Below, one piece after another: positions 39,536 through 46,959 of a DNA stretch of 64,000 bases. Made by a program: the position numbers and the translations under genes. This DNA comes from a virus: positions 12,367 through 76,366 of IMG/VR virus record IMGVR_UViG_3300035670_000140. One strand, 5' to 3'. Positions within the stretch are counted from its first letter, which is position 1. Each line of letters opens with the position of its first letter. Below the pieces are notes generated by a model. That model saw only the letters and a list, made by a program, of their open reading frames with translations, was not told the DNA's origin and did not search any database.

Positions 39536-41165
39536 GTTTGTACACGAAACATTTATACCATTTTTAAAAGAACATAAAGATTCTATTTTCGATCTTTACT
39601 TCACTTGTAGAATGCCTCCCTTTGATCAAGATGCTATGGGAGATGTATTTGTTTCAGATCCTAGACAAACAACTTTTGATGCTCTGTACATCTCAAAAGA
39701 ATCTGGTATTCCTTTGTCTGCTACATTTAATAACATTTATGTAAGACCATCTCAAAAGAATCTTGATCTATTCATAGAAAATTTTAAAACCCTGTACGAC
39801 AAAGGAATTCGTATAGTTACTTTACCCCATACTATTTGGGTTTCTACTGGGCAAATACAGAAAGAGTTTCCAGAACTCTACATTAAGAATACTATTCTTA
39901 GAGAAGTTCGTCAAGCAAACGAAATTGTTTCTTTAGCGAAAGCTGGGTTTCATTATATCAATCTCGATAGAGATCTGATGAGGGATCGTGATGCTTTGTT
40001 AGAGATCAAAGAAGCAAAGGATTATTGTGAGTCCATAAACAAACCAATAAAATTATCATTGTTGGTTAATGAGACTTGCTGGGGTGGATGTCCAATTATG
40101 GTAGAACACTATCACTATAACAATACCAGAAAAGATGAAGACCCTCAATTTTTTAATGATCCTATTAGTAGAAATTCTTGCTCTAAGTGGGAAATACTAG
40201 ACCCATCTCATTCTCTCAAAGCAGCAAACCTTCCTCCTTGGAAAAAGGATTGGGAAGAGTTTATTGATCTTGGTATTGATGTATTTAAACTTCATGGAAG
40301 AGAATCCATGATGAGATTAAAAGAATCGATGGATCTTATTGAAAGATGGGATAACAATGAAGAGTTAATGTTCCCTCTGTTTAATGAATATATTGAAAAT
40401 GTTTCTTTACAAGAACGTCCAATCGATATCTGGAGAGAAAAAATTAAGACTTGTAAGTTTGATTGTTGGAAATGTAATTATTGTGAGTCAGTTGTAGAAT
40501 CTAGATTAAAAAAACAAAACAGATTACTTCATCCATTGGTAGAGAATATTATTAAATCTATTGACAACTCAGCTAACCAGAAAGATTATTCTATTCCAGG
40601 TCTCAGTTCTAACAGAGTAAGAACTTTACTTAATTCTATTTGTTCTGATAATAGTATTAAGTATTTGGAAGTGGGTGCTTATCTTGGTAGTACATTCTGT
40701 GCTGCTATAGAAAACAATAATATCAAATCTTATGCTGTTGATAATTGGAAGACTCCCGACCTAAAACCATTTGAAAATAAATTAGTTTTTGCTGGCATTG
40801 CTTCCATAGAAGATTTTAAAAATAATGTAAGTTCAACTAAATCAGGATCAACTGTAAAAATTTTAAATAAAACATGTTTAAAGTTAATTGATGGAGATAT
40901 AGAAGATAAGATTAATTTTGTATTTTATGATGGAGATCATGAATACAATGAACAACTAAAAGCTTTAAACGTCATCAAAGATTTTGTTGATAGTACATTT
41001 GTTTTGATATTAGATGATGCTAATTTCGAAGGTGTTGTTTCTTCTGCTAATCAGTTTATTCTAGATAATAATTTCAAAGTTTTGTTTGAAAGAAAGCTTT
41101 TAAACAAAGTGGAAGATCCTTCAATGTGGTGGAATGGTTTGTATATACTTGTTTTACAAAAATGA
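39486..41165 (+). CDS. U32-family (Fe-S hydroxylase-type) domain fused to class I SAM methyltransferase (Methyltransf_24-like)
   Basis: U32-like motifs 'INLDRDLMRD', 'LLVNETCWGGCP', 'GIDVFKLHGRE', plus C-x3-C-x2-C-x2-C (CKFDCWKCNYC). C-terminal 'YLEVGAYLGST', 'FVFYDGDH', 'LILDD'. Confidence 0.8.
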   Translation: MKSKNFSLPINPKSSSEFVHETFIPFLKEHKDSIFDLYFTCRMPPFDQDAMGDVFVSDPRQTTFDALYISKESGIPLSATFNNIYVRPSQKNLDLFIENFKTLYDKGIRIVTLPHTIWVSTGQIQKEFPELYIKNTILREVRQANEIVSLAKAGFHYINLDRDLMRDRDALLEIKEAKDYCESINKPIKLSLLVNETCWGGCPIMVEHYHYNNTRKDEDPQFFNDPISRNSCSKWEILDPSHSLKAANLPPWKKDWEEFIDLGIDVFKLHGRESMMRLKESMDLIERWDNNEELMFPLFNEYIENVSLQERPIDIWREKIKTCKFDCWKCNYCESVVESRLKKQNRLLHPLVENIIKSIDNSANQKDYSIPGLSSNRVRTLLNSICSDNSIKYLEVGAYLGSTFCAAIENNNIKSYAVDNWKTPDLKPFENKLVFAGIASIEDFKNNVSSTKSGSTVKILNKTCLKLIDGDIEDKINFVFYDGDHEYNEQLKALNVIKDFVDSTFVLILDDANFEGVVSSANQFILDNNFKVLFERKLLNKVEDPSMWWNGLYILVLQK

Positions 41166-41788
41166 AATTATTTGAAATTTTCCCCAACCCAATCTTTATG
41201 GAAACTTGTAATTTTCAAAAAGATGTAAAAAATATTATTCAAAATTTAAATGTCGAGTTTAATCAAAATGAAGTAAGTAATAAATTATTTCATTATGGCA
41301 ATGACTTAAATCAATCGGTTTTATATTTGCCAGTGTTTGAACGATTTAAATTATGGATAGAAAAATGTTGCTATCAATATGTAACAGAAATACTTGGATA
41401 TCATTTAGATGATAAAATTATTGTTACAGACAGTTGGATAAACAAATGTGATGAAGGTGGTTATCAATATCCTCATTATCATACTAATTCATATATCTCA
41501 GGAACATACTATATTAACATACAAGATGGTCATGCTCCTATAGTTTTTAGGCATGATGATAGTTCTACACATATTCCTAAGCAGTCAATTACATTGAAGA
41601 AGCAATCATCGACAAAATATAATTCAGATGTTTTATTTCACCCAAATCCAGGTGAATTATATCTTTGGCAATCTCATCTAACCCACGGGGTACTTGACAA
41701 TAACCTAGATGATAGGTTATCATTATCTATGAATTTCATGCCTTCTGTGGTTTCTAACTACAAGTATGGGTATAAAATCTCGGTATAA
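41162..41788 (+). CDS. 2OG-Fe(II) oxygenase (TIGR02466/2OG-FeII_Oxy_5-like)
   Basis: ATGA overlap puts the start at 41162; 'IFPNPI', 'SWIN', 'PHYHTNSYISGTYY', 'PGELYLWQSHLTHGV', 'RLSLSMN' (HxH...H...R). Confidence 0.88.
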   Translation: MKLFEIFPNPIFMETCNFQKDVKNIIQNLNVEFNQNEVSNKLFHYGNDLNQSVLYLPVFERFKLWIEKCCYQYVTEILGYHLDDKIIVTDSWINKCDEGGYQYPHYHTNSYISGTYYINIQDGHAPIVFRHDDSSTHIPKQSITLKKQSSTKYNSDVLFHPNPGELYLWQSHLTHGVLDNNLDDRLSLSMNFMPSVVSNYKYGYKISV

Positions 41789-41791
41789 ATA
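41784..41791 (+). promoter_or_regulatory. Late promoter (TATAAATA)
   Basis: Exact consensus overlapping the oxygenase stop, upstream of the 59-aa ORF. Confidence 0.7.
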
Positions 41792-41821
41792 TTAACGTTA
41801 TTATTTTTACACAATAAGCAT

Positions 41822-42001
41822 ATGGACACTGAAACACTAAAGAAAAATTTCGAAGATCAACTAGCATCAGCTGATAGACAAATTGCTGAACTAGAAGATA
41901 ATCTAGCAAAAGCAAAAGAGTATCGCCTCAAGCTCCAAGGTGGATTAGAAACCTTAGCACTTCTCAATCCACCAGAAGAAGAAACAACGACCGAAGAATG
42001 A
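41822..42001 (+). CDS. Small acidic coiled-coil protein (59 aa; not in ORF track)
   Basis: Translated by hand: MDTETLKKNFEDQLASADRQIAELEDNLAKAKEYRLKLQGGLETLALLNPPEEETTTEE*. Has its own late promoter and a downstream terminator. Confidence 0.8.
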   Translation: MDTETLKKNFEDQLASADRQIAELEDNLAKAKEYRLKLQGGLETLALLNPPEEETTTEE

Positions 42002-42003
42002 TC

Positions 42004-42040
42004 AAATCCCTACTTCCTAAATAGAAGTAGGGATTTTTTG
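42004..42040 (+). terminator. Rho-independent terminator with CTAAATA loop
   Basis: Perfect 13-bp stem aaatccctacttc / gaagtagggattt, 7-nt loop, T-run at the 3' end. Confidence 0.85.
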
Positions 42041-42051
42041 TATCTAGATAA

Positions 42052-42876
42052 ATGGCACAGCCATCTACAAGACAGGAATTAATTGACTATTGTAAAAGAC
42101 AATTAGGTGCTCCTGTTCTACAGATTAATATTGATGATGCTCAAGTAAGTGATATTATTGACGATGCAATTCAATACTACAATGAACATCATTTTGATGG
42201 GTTAGAAAGAATGTATTTGAAACATCAAATAACTACTGATGATGAGATTAGATTTACCACATCAGATGTAACAACTGTTGCCCCTAATAGCGATGAATGG
42301 GAGAATAGAAATAATTATATTCAAGTTCCCGATCATGTTTTTGGTATTCAAAAAGTATTTGGAGTTTCTTCTAATTGGATTAGAAATGATTTATTTGGTT
42401 TAAGCAATCAATATTTCTTGATGGATATTTTTTCATTCTCGTCGGGATTTGCTTTTGGAAATTTTGACATGTCTAATTATTATATGATTCGTCAGTACTT
42501 TGAAACTTTAGACATGATTGTTAATAGTGGAGCTTTAGTAGAATTTAGATTTACAAAAAGACAAGATCGTTTGTATATCGATATTGATCCTTCTCGTATT
42601 GTTCCTGGTAATTATATTTTGATAGATTGCTGGAGAGCGATAAATCCAGCAGAGTATTCACAAGTTTATAACGACAGTTTTTTAAAGAGATATGCTACCG
42701 CTTTGATGAAAAGGCAGTGGGGAGCAAATCTTATTAAGTATAATAACGTTCAACTTCCTGGTGGTATAACTTTAAACGGTCGTCAAATCTGGGAAGATGG
42801 AAATAATGAAGTTCAGCAATTAGAATCTGATATGCTGAATACTTATTCATTACCACCAATGGATATGATCGGATAA
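42052..42876 (+). CDS. gp13: Neck protein gp13
   Basis: 'PSTRQELIDYCKRQLGAPVLQINIDD', 'FLKRYATALMKRQWGANL.KY...LPGGITLNG'. Confidence 0.95.
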   Translation: MAQPSTRQELIDYCKRQLGAPVLQINIDDAQVSDIIDDAIQYYNEHHFDGLERMYLKHQITTDDEIRFTTSDVTTVAPNSDEWENRNNYIQVPDHVFGIQKVFGVSSNWIRNDLFGLSNQYFLMDIFSFSSGFAFGNFDMSNYYMIRQYFETLDMIVNSGALVEFRFTKRQDRLYIDIDPSRIVPGNYILIDCWRAINPAEYSQVYNDSFLKRYATALMKRQWGANLIKYNNVQLPGGITLNGRQIWEDGNNEVQQLESDMLNTYSLPPMDMIG

Positions 42877-42877
42877 G

Positions 42878-43762
42878 ATGCCTACCAGTCCTTATTTTCC
42901 TACCTACTATCAAGGTCATCCAGGAGAACAAAACCTGGCACAAGATCTTGCCGACGAACAGATCAAGCTGTTTGGAACAGATATTTATTATCTACCAAGA
43001 ACTATTCTTAAAGATAATACACTGGATGATATCATTTATTCCAAGTATCAAGAACAGTTTCAAGTAGAAATGCTTCTACAAAACGTAGAGGGTTTTGGAG
43101 AGCAATCGGAATTTATCAGTAAATTTGGTATTCGTATTACCGATGAAGTTAAATTCATTGTTTCTACTAGAAGATGGGAACAATCAGAAATTCAATATAG
43201 TCCATCTTTGACTGTTCCTGGTAGACCAAATGAAGGGGATCTTTTGTATTTTCCTCTCACAACAGATATCTATGAAATAAAATTTGTAGAAAGAGAGACA
43301 CCATTCTATCAGTTTGGTAAAATTCAATTCTTCATTCTAACTGCCGAAATTTATGAAGTTGGCAATGATCTTATTGATACTGGTGTTCCAGAAATAGATG
43401 AGATAGAAACTCTATTCTCTTCTTCTATGTCATTGATTATGTCTATTGGCGGAACTGGAAATTTTGATGAGGGAGAAATAGTTACTGGATCTACCACAGG
43501 AACAGTAGCTACTGTCATATCTTGGAATCCATCAACAAGATTACTTCAGGTAATCAATAGAGACGGAACGTTCATTACAGGAGAGGCGCTCACAGGCGAC
43601 GACAGTGCCGCTGTATGGTCAATTGGATCATTTGATACTCTAAATAATTCAAACAGTCTCTACGACCAAAATAGAGAGATTGAAGACGAGGCAGATAATA
43701 TTATTGATTGGGGAGAAAAGAATCCTTTTGGTGAGTATGGTAATTTTACAGGTAGTATCTAA
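42878..43762 (+). CDS. gp14: Neck protein gp14
   Basis: 'EQIKLFGTDIYYLPR', 'SKFGI', 'RPNEGDLLYFP', 'FYQFGK', 'E.NPFG'. Confidence 0.93.
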   Translation: MPTSPYFPTYYQGHPGEQNLAQDLADEQIKLFGTDIYYLPRTILKDNTLDDIIYSKYQEQFQVEMLLQNVEGFGEQSEFISKFGIRITDEVKFIVSTRRWEQSEIQYSPSLTVPGRPNEGDLLYFPLTTDIYEIKFVERETPFYQFGKIQFFILTAEIYEVGNDLIDTGVPEIDEIETLFSSSMSLIMSIGGTGNFDEGEIVTGSTTGTVATVISWNPSTRLLQVINRDGTFITGEALTGDDSAAVWSIGSFDTLNNSNSLYDQNREIEDEADNIIDWGEKNPFGEYGNFTGSI

Positions 43763-44565
43763 TGTTAGGATCACATTTTTATAACGAAGCTATTCGTAAA
43801 ACTGTTGTTGGATTTGGAACTCTATTTAATAATATAGAGTTACATAAAAAAGATCCACAAAGCGGCGATATTTTGGAAGTGGAAAAAGTTCCATTAGCAT
43901 ATGGTCCAAAGCAAAAGTTTCTTGCTCGCTTAGAGCAAAATCCAGATGTTGGCAGAAAAGTGGCAATCACTTTACCACGTTTGTATTTTGAAATGACTGG
44001 TATATCATATGATTCTTCTAGAAAAACTAGTCCCGTCCAAAAATTCAAAAACACAGTTGGAGACAACGGCGAAGAACTAAGAGTTCAGTATGTCCCTGTT
44101 CCATACAATATGGAATTCGAGTTGGGAATTATTGCCAAGAGTCAAGATGATGGGTTACAAATCCTAGAACAGATACTACCATACTTCCAACCAAATTTCA
44201 ATATCACTCTCAACATGATTCCAGATATGGATGAGAAGAAAGATATTGCTATTGTTTTAAATAATGTCAATTACGAAGACGATTGGGAAGATGATTATCT
44301 CCAGAGAAGAAGTATTCTTTGGACACTTAACTTCACAGCTAAGTCTTATATCTACGGTCCATTCACTAATACTGGTATTATTAGAAAAGCTATTATTTAC
44401 GAAACATATGGAGATTTGGCAGCAAGCAAGAGAACTGCCGAATATACATATTCTCCTAAAGCACTTGAAGATAACAACAGTGATGGCGTTATCAACGCTG
44501 CCGATGATGAACTTGTAATGTCAACTGATGACTTTGGATTCAATGAAGGTATTACTCTACTATGA
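43762..44565 (+). CDS. gp15: Tail sheath stabiliser/terminator gp15
   Basis: 'FYNEAIRKTVVGFGTLFNNI', 'VPLAYGPKQKFL', 'LPRLYFE', 'QILEQILPYFQP'. Confidence 0.95.
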   Translation: MLGSHFYNEAIRKTVVGFGTLFNNIELHKKDPQSGDILEVEKVPLAYGPKQKFLARLEQNPDVGRKVAITLPRLYFEMTGISYDSSRKTSPVQKFKNTVGDNGEELRVQYVPVPYNMEFELGIIAKSQDDGLQILEQILPYFQPNFNITLNMIPDMDEKKDIAIVLNNVNYEDDWEDDYLQRRSILWTLNFTAKSYIYGPFTNTGIIRKAIIYETYGDLAASKRTAEYTYSPKALEDNNSDGVINAADDELVMSTDDFGFNEGITLL

Positions 44566-44984
44566 GCGAATTTGAAAAGAATATGGAACAAATATTTGAT
44601 ATTGATGTTTCAGCGACAGATGTTGAAAAACCACCTCTTATTAAAAAGAAAAGAGAAGAAAAGAACGATCAAGATAGTGACTACGAATATACTAGAGGTC
44701 AACTATATGATCTAATAGAAAAAGGTCAAGAAGCTTTCAACGGAGCATTGGAAGTTGCTCAGGAATCTGGGCACCCTAGAGCATATGAAGTAGCAGTGAA
44801 TGCCATGAAGCAAGTTGCTGATGTAGCAGATAAACTTATAGATCTTCAGAAAAAAATGAAAGATTTAGATGCTCCAACTAAGACTGGACCAACTACTGTT
44901 AACAATTCTTTGTTTGTTGGATCTACTGCTGATCTCCAAAAGATGATAAAGGAGATGGGCAAAGGTGACGCTGAAGATAAATAA
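44562..44984 (+). CDS. gp16: Terminase small subunit gp16
   Basis: 'DYEYTRGQLYDLIEKGQEA...AQESGHPRAYEV', 'NNSLFVGSTADLQKM'. Confidence 0.93.
   Translation: MSEFEKNMEQIFDIDVSATDVEKPPLIKKKREEKNDQDSDYEYTRGQLYDLIEKGQEAFNGALEVAQESGHPRAYEVAVNAMKQVADVADKLIDLQKKMKDLDAPTKTGPTTVNNSLFVGSTADLQKMIKEMGKGDAEDK
44976..44983 (+). promoter_or_regulatory. Late promoter (GATAAATA)
   Basis: NATAAATA at the end of gp16, upstream of 45004. Confidence 0.6.
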
Positions 44985-45003
44985 TCAATAAAAGTCTAAT
45001 AAG

Positions 45004-45285
45004 ATGAGAATCAAAATTTTAGATGAGGCAGAAATATTAAGCTCTGCTTCAAAAACAGATGTAACTAAAGCATCTGATGTGTATCTATACAATACACATT
45101 CAGATTTAACAGGTTCTGCTTCTACCAGAACTGTTTCTGTTTACGAAGAAGATGGTACTACGGTAGTTGGTAGTTTTGCTTTGACTGTTGGTATTCCTCT
45201 TATTATTCATAAAGAACCCCAACAACAAATTACTGTTGACAGTACATCAAATGTCACAGCTACTAAAGTCGCTTACTTAGGATAA
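45004..45285 (+). CDS. Hypothetical late protein (93 aa, beta-rich)
   Basis: Open frame downstream of a late promoter; TAATG-coupled to the next ORF. Confidence 0.7.
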   Translation: MRIKILDEAEILSSASKTDVTKASDVYLYNTHSDLTGSASTRTVSVYEEDGTTVVGSFALTVGIPLIIHKEPQQQITVDSTSNVTATKVAYLG

Positions 45286-46004
45286 TGGCACAATTTAACT
45301 GGGACGATAATTTTAAATTGAATGTTTCCATGGGCAAAGTCCGTGGTGCTACACCAGTTCATAAGTTTGGTGCTGTGCCAGCGATGTCACAAAGCGCCAC
45401 AGGAACTATCTGGGACAAGAACGATACCGTTTATCCTTGGAGTGCTTTTGATACTGCTGGAGTAATTACTGCTTCTATTGCTAATGCTTCAGACAACGGT
45501 AAGATTGTGACAGTTCTTGGATTGGATAATGACTTTAACGAAGTATCTGATACTTTTACATTATCCAGTACAGCAACTGTAGCAGGCACAGTTTCCTTCC
45601 GTCGTGTGTTTAGAGCATACATTTCAACTGGCACTAATAATGTTGGTGATGTAAATTTTACCAAGAATGGATCTGATGTCTTGAGAATTACTGCTAGTAA
45701 GGGTCAAACTCTTATGGCAATCTACACAATCCCTGCTGGTAAAACTGGATATCTTTATAAGGGAGTTGCTACAGCTCAATCGGGTGCTGATGGTAGCGGA
45801 AACATGTTTGTTAGATACTTCGGTCAAACAGCATTTAGGATCGGTCATTCATTTGAAGTTACTGGTGGTGGGGAATATGATTATGAGTTTGCTTTCCCCA
45901 TTCGTATTCCAGAGAAATCTGATATTGATGTGAGAGTAACAACCAGATCAAACAACGGGCGCTATACAGCAGCATTCGATCTATTACTACTAACAGAGCA
46001 GTAA
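45285..46004 (+). CDS. Hypothetical virion protein (239 aa)
   Basis: 'VHKFG', 'GQTLMAIYTIPAGKTGYL', 'IPEKSDI'; beta-sandwich-like composition, late context. Confidence 0.7.
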   Translation: MAQFNWDDNFKLNVSMGKVRGATPVHKFGAVPAMSQSATGTIWDKNDTVYPWSAFDTAGVITASIANASDNGKIVTVLGLDNDFNEVSDTFTLSSTATVAGTVSFRRVFRAYISTGTNNVGDVNFTKNGSDVLRITASKGQTLMAIYTIPAGKTGYLYKGVATAQSGADGSGNMFVRYFGQTAFRIGHSFEVTGGGEYDYEFAFPIRIPEKSDIDVRVTTRSNNGRYTAAFDLLLLTEQ

Positions 46005-46005
46005 G

Positions 46006-46632
46006 ATGAAAAACTACAAAGAGATCAAACAACTTGCCGAAGAAGCAAAGAAAAAAGAAAAGGAAGAAAAGCGTTTTTGTAAGCTTTGCCAAAAACCAGA
46101 AACAAGAAGTGAGTGCTCTTATGGCGAGAAAGCATGGGATCGTTTTGCTGTTCCAGTTAAGTCAGTAAAGATGGAATCTTATGACAAAGGAGAATATGAT
46201 TATGAAGGTGACATGGCAAAGACTCAATTAAAAGGAGTCATTAGAAATGCTCAGGAACTTCATGATATGCTAAAACCAGATGATAATCTTCCAGAATGGG
46301 TACAGTCTAAAATAACACTTGCTTTTGATTACATTCAAACAGCATCTGATTATATGAAAAGTGTAAATGAAGAATTAGAACTAGATGAATCTACTTGGAC
46401 CAAAAAAGCAGGTCAAAACAAAAACGGTGGTCTTAATGAAAAAGGTCGTAAATCATATGAACGTGAAAATCCAGGCAGTGATTTGAAAGCGCCATCAAAA
46501 GAAAAAGGAAATCCTCGTAGAAAATCATTCTGTGCCAGAATGAAAGGAATGAAAGCAAAGCTGACATCTAAAAAAACTGCCAGAGATCCAGATAGTAGAA
46601 TTAATAAATCACTAAGAGCCTGGAACTGCTAA
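46006..46632 (+). CDS. Modular basic protein, candidate internal head protein (DUF6321-like C-terminal module)
   Basis: 'WTKKAGQNKNGGLNEKGRKSYERENPGSDLK...RRKSFCARMKGMK...NKSLRAWNC'; middle module 'EYDYEGDMAKTQL...LPEWVQSKITLA'. Confidence 0.65.
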   Translation: MKNYKEIKQLAEEAKKKEKEEKRFCKLCQKPETRSECSYGEKAWDRFAVPVKSVKMESYDKGEYDYEGDMAKTQLKGVIRNAQELHDMLKPDDNLPEWVQSKITLAFDYIQTASDYMKSVNEELELDESTWTKKAGQNKNGGLNEKGRKSYERENPGSDLKAPSKEKGNPRRKSFCARMKGMKAKLTSKKTARDPDSRINKSLRAWNC

Positions 46633-46653
46633 CAAAAGTATATAATTTGTTAC

Positions 46654-46681
46654 TTTACATTCTCTAATTTTGATATATAAT
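46654..46681 (+). promoter_or_regulatory. Possible sigma70-type promoter TTTACA-N16-TATAAT
   Basis: -35 at 46654-46659 and -10 at 46676-46681, in the intergenic gap before ORF 46709; the region is AT-rich. Confidence 0.45.
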
Positions 46682-46708
46682 ATCATTACCGTATCAAGGT
46701 AAGACTAA

Positions 46709-46933
46709 ATGGATACTAAAACCTGCCCTAAATGTGGGGCTTGCTGGATTGGGGGTCAACACTTCTGGGCTGGCACAAATAAGAAGGGCAATGAATTAGA
46801 TTTAGCAGGTCTAGTTTGTAATAAATTTGGAGATGATTCCTGTATTAATCCATGCAAAGGAAAAGATGGTGGAGATACGTGGGAAAAAAGATTTGAAGAT
46901 CTACAAAATAACATGGGCAAGAACGATATCTAA
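46709..46933 (+). CDS. Small Cys-rich protein (74 aa)
   Basis: 'CPKCGACW..GQHFW...DLAGLVC...CINPC'; probable metal-binding protein. Confidence 0.75.
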   Translation: MDTKTCPKCGACWIGGQHFWAGTNKKGNELDLAGLVCNKFGDDSCINPCKGKDGGDTWEKRFEDLQNNMGKNDI

Positions 46934-46936
46934 ATA
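46930..46936 (+). promoter_or_regulatory. Late promoter (CTAAATA) upstream of gp17
   Basis: TAAATA core about 24 nt before the ATG at 46960. Confidence 0.6.
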
Positions 46937-46959
46937 TTTTGTAGTGATTTAAACAATTA

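Noticed and set aside
41126-41161. Upstream GTG start for the 2OG oxygenase
   Set aside because: The ATGA overlap at 41162 gives the family-typical 'MKLFEIFPNPI' start.
46638-46653. NtcA box upstream of the Cys-rich ORF
   Set aside because: The spacing is GTA-N10-TAC rather than the required GTA-N8-TAC.
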